Below are positions 61,701-64,000 of a stretch of 64,000 nucleotides of DNA, one piece after another (the stretch's first letter is position 1; every line of letters begins with the position of its first letter). Made by a program: the position numbers and the translations under genes. The stretch covers positions 27,362,748 to 27,426,747 of the forward strand of contig NC_068988.1 of the NCBI RefSeq assembly GCF_001194135.2. Direction: 5' to 3'. Source of the stretch: Octopus bimaculoides. Its lineage: Eukaryota. The notes below the pieces were generated by a model. The model ran no database searches. It worked only from the letters and a program-made list of their open reading frames with translations, and was not told the origin of the DNA.

Positions 61701-62210
61701 AATGTAAATCTCTAGTAAATTGTATTGAGTATCAGAGAAGAAAGAATATATATAGTTCTGGTAAACTTTAATATAAGCCATTTCCAGGATGTGTGTGTGT
61801 GTTTGTGTGCTAAGAGAACGATTGGTCTATAGAATGGTCGTTCTCCAACAGATTTTTCATTGATAAGACAAATTTTCTTTCTCTTTTTCTTTTCTTTCCT
61901 AAATTTATTTTTTTTTACATTCCAATATTTTTAGGGATTGGTTAGTATAGTTTATTATTGTTGGAAGCATTCTTTATCAGTGGTTGATGAAGAGATGGTG
62001 GTGTTAGTGGTTGTATGATATAATGGTAGTAATAATGGCACTGCCAATATCAGTGTTTATTCTCTTTGTAGTGCTTGGTTCCTTTTATATAGTGGCAGTA
62101 GCTGGCAGTCAAGCTGCACTAAATTATCAGTTGCAAATCTGCACCAGTTCACCTAATGTTCATGTAATCTTTCACCTTATCTTATATGCAAATTTCTATA
62201 TGCAAATTAA

Positions 62211-62246
<36 letters not shown>

Positions 62247-62667
62247 GTGTGTGTGTGTGTGTCTGTGTGTATATAGATATATTTATATATATGTGCATGT
62301 ATGTGTGTATGCATGCATGTGCATATATATATATANNNNNNNNNNNNNNNNNNNNNNNNNNNNNNNNNNNNNNNNNNNNNNNNNNNNNNNNNNNNNNNNN
62401 NNNNNNNNNNNNNNNNNNNNNNNNNNNNNNNNNNNNNNNNNNNNNNNNNNNNNNNNNNNNNNNNNNNNNNNNNNNNNNNNNNNNNNNNNNNNNNNNNNNN
62501 NNNNNNNNNNNNNNNNNNNNNNNNNNNNNNNNNNNNNNNNNNNNNNNNNNNNNNNNNNNNNNNNNNNNNNNNNNNNNNNNNNNNNNNNNNNNNNNNNNNN
62601 NNNNNNNNNNNCAGAGGAAGCAAATCTATATTATATATATACTTATATTTTTTTATATATAAATATT

Positions 62668-62700
<33 letters not shown>

Positions 62701-63470
62701 GGGAAGTAAATCTATACTTTATATATATATTGTGTATATATATATTTGTGTGTGTATACTTATGTGTATACGTATATCTATGTGTGTGTGTATATATATA
62801 TATATATATGAAATCTATTCTTGTTAGTTAACAGTATTCAAATAGATGGGTAACCTTTATTTTTGCTGGTTCTCCCTCCATCACTTATTCAGATTTCATT
62901 CAGAAGCATCTAAAATGCAATTAGAAAATTTAAAACTTTCCAGTGGTCCATGCAATTTTTTTTTTTTTTGCTTTTTTTTTTAACATAGTGGCAGATGTCA
63001 GCAGCCACCTAGTGTGTACAAATTCATAGGTGTGCTCCATCGGGACCCCAGGGGTCTAAACCTCCCTATACTCACTCACATATGCTCTGTATGTGAGTGA
63101 GTGTGTATGTGTGTGGAGATGTGCCATTGATGTCCTTCTTAGTTAAATTGTCTCTGTGTCAGCAAGAGGTCAGTAGTATCAGTAGTGATTTCTGACCACA
63201 TTAAAGCCCTTGTCAGGTGGGTCACACAAGGACCACATGATATATGGGCTAGCATACTGTATATCACTAAGCATTTATCCTTTGTCACATTTTTGTGAAT
63301 GATTCTGGATGGAGGGAGGGAGGGAGGGATGAGAAAGGTAGATGTAAAGTAGAATTAAGTTTAGGATAGGATAAGATTTATTTTGGTGTGATTTACATAA
63401 TTAATTTTACAGTTCCTTTTTGAAAGGGCAGAACACCTGGACACAGCAGATGTAGTTCTGTGAACAACAC

Positions 63471-63502
<32 letters not shown>

Positions 63503-63874
63503 CAATAACGATGATGATGATGATGATATATTGATAGATCTAAATGTGTGTGGGTGTAAGCCATTAATGTGAATACCTTTATTTTTGTTTTGTTGTTATT
63601 TTTTTTTCTTTATTGAGCAGTGGGGATGTGTTCTCCAAAACCATAATTTGTATTTGTTCACTCTGTTTACCTAGCTTTGCCCCCCCCCACACCACCACCA
63701 CCACACACACACACACACACACTCCCATGCACAATCTCACTCAATCTCTATCTCTCTCACACATTCAGAGTTATAAAAATGTGTGTGTGTGTGTTGGAAA
63801 GGTTGTATTATAATTCATGGGGAGATTAAAATATAAGGCATATCTGAAATATTTTATGATATGAAAAGTACAAA

Positions 63875-64000
63875 TATGGCTGTCTGGTTAAGAAGCTTGC
63901 TTCCCAACCATGTGGTCTTGGGATCAGTCTCATGGTGCAGCACTTTGGGCAAGTGCCTTCTACTTAAGCCTCAAGCTGACCAATGCCTTGTGAGTTGATT
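63875..64000 (+). mobile_element. Family A SINE head (runs off the window)
   Basis: ggctgtctggttaagaagcttgcttcccaacc...ctttgggcaagtg. Confidence 0.8.

Noticed and set aside
2933-63000. Long ORFs containing X runs (e.g. 22842-23639, 35875-36834, 49169-50225, 62011-62709)
   Set aside because: They stay open only because they cross N gaps and (TA)/(TG) microsatellites.
134-63813. Many 60-130 aa ORFs rich in YI, CV, HT or IY repeats
   Set aside because: Translations of dinucleotide microsatellites or SINE bodies; no splice or homology support.
5490-64000. tRNA-like A/B boxes as tRNA genes
   Set aside because: All continue into SINE bodies and lack a complete cloverleaf.

Overview
AT-rich eukaryotic DNA, dense in microsatellites and retroposons, with many N gaps. 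The SINE and RTE-tail families look like those of octopus genomes (inference: an Octopus draft assembly). Two genes are supported, arranged head to head. (1) A PNRC-family gene (proline-rich nuclear receptor coactivator / mRNA-decapping activator) with a complete single-exon CDS at 28967-29914 (-). It probably has a multi-kb 3' UTR and uORFs, and it carries an unusual YAA in place of the canonical YAG activation motif. (2) The first coding exon (ATG 34761 to donor after 35097, +) of an unidentified Ser/Pro-rich protein; I found no convincing next exon in the remaining 29 kb. Between the genes is a compact divergent promoter with two perfect CRE palindromes, a CCAAT box, a GC box and a FOXO-type site, all inside a ~13 kb zone almost free of SINEs. 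The rest is transposon-derived: tRNA-derived SINEs, RTE LINE 3' ends and ORF fossils, a mariner 5' end, a Buster/SPIN-type hAT transposase fossil, a hAT MITE with an intact 8-bp TSD, piggyBac-type MITEs, and a Penelope-like GIY-YIG remnant. There are also four minimal type I hammerhead-ribozyme-like motifs and at least five unrelated long fold-back elements. Most ORFs in the supplied track are artefacts of microsatellites or N gaps. No tRNA, rRNA or CRISPR features were found. Repeat boundaries were read by eye and are approximate.
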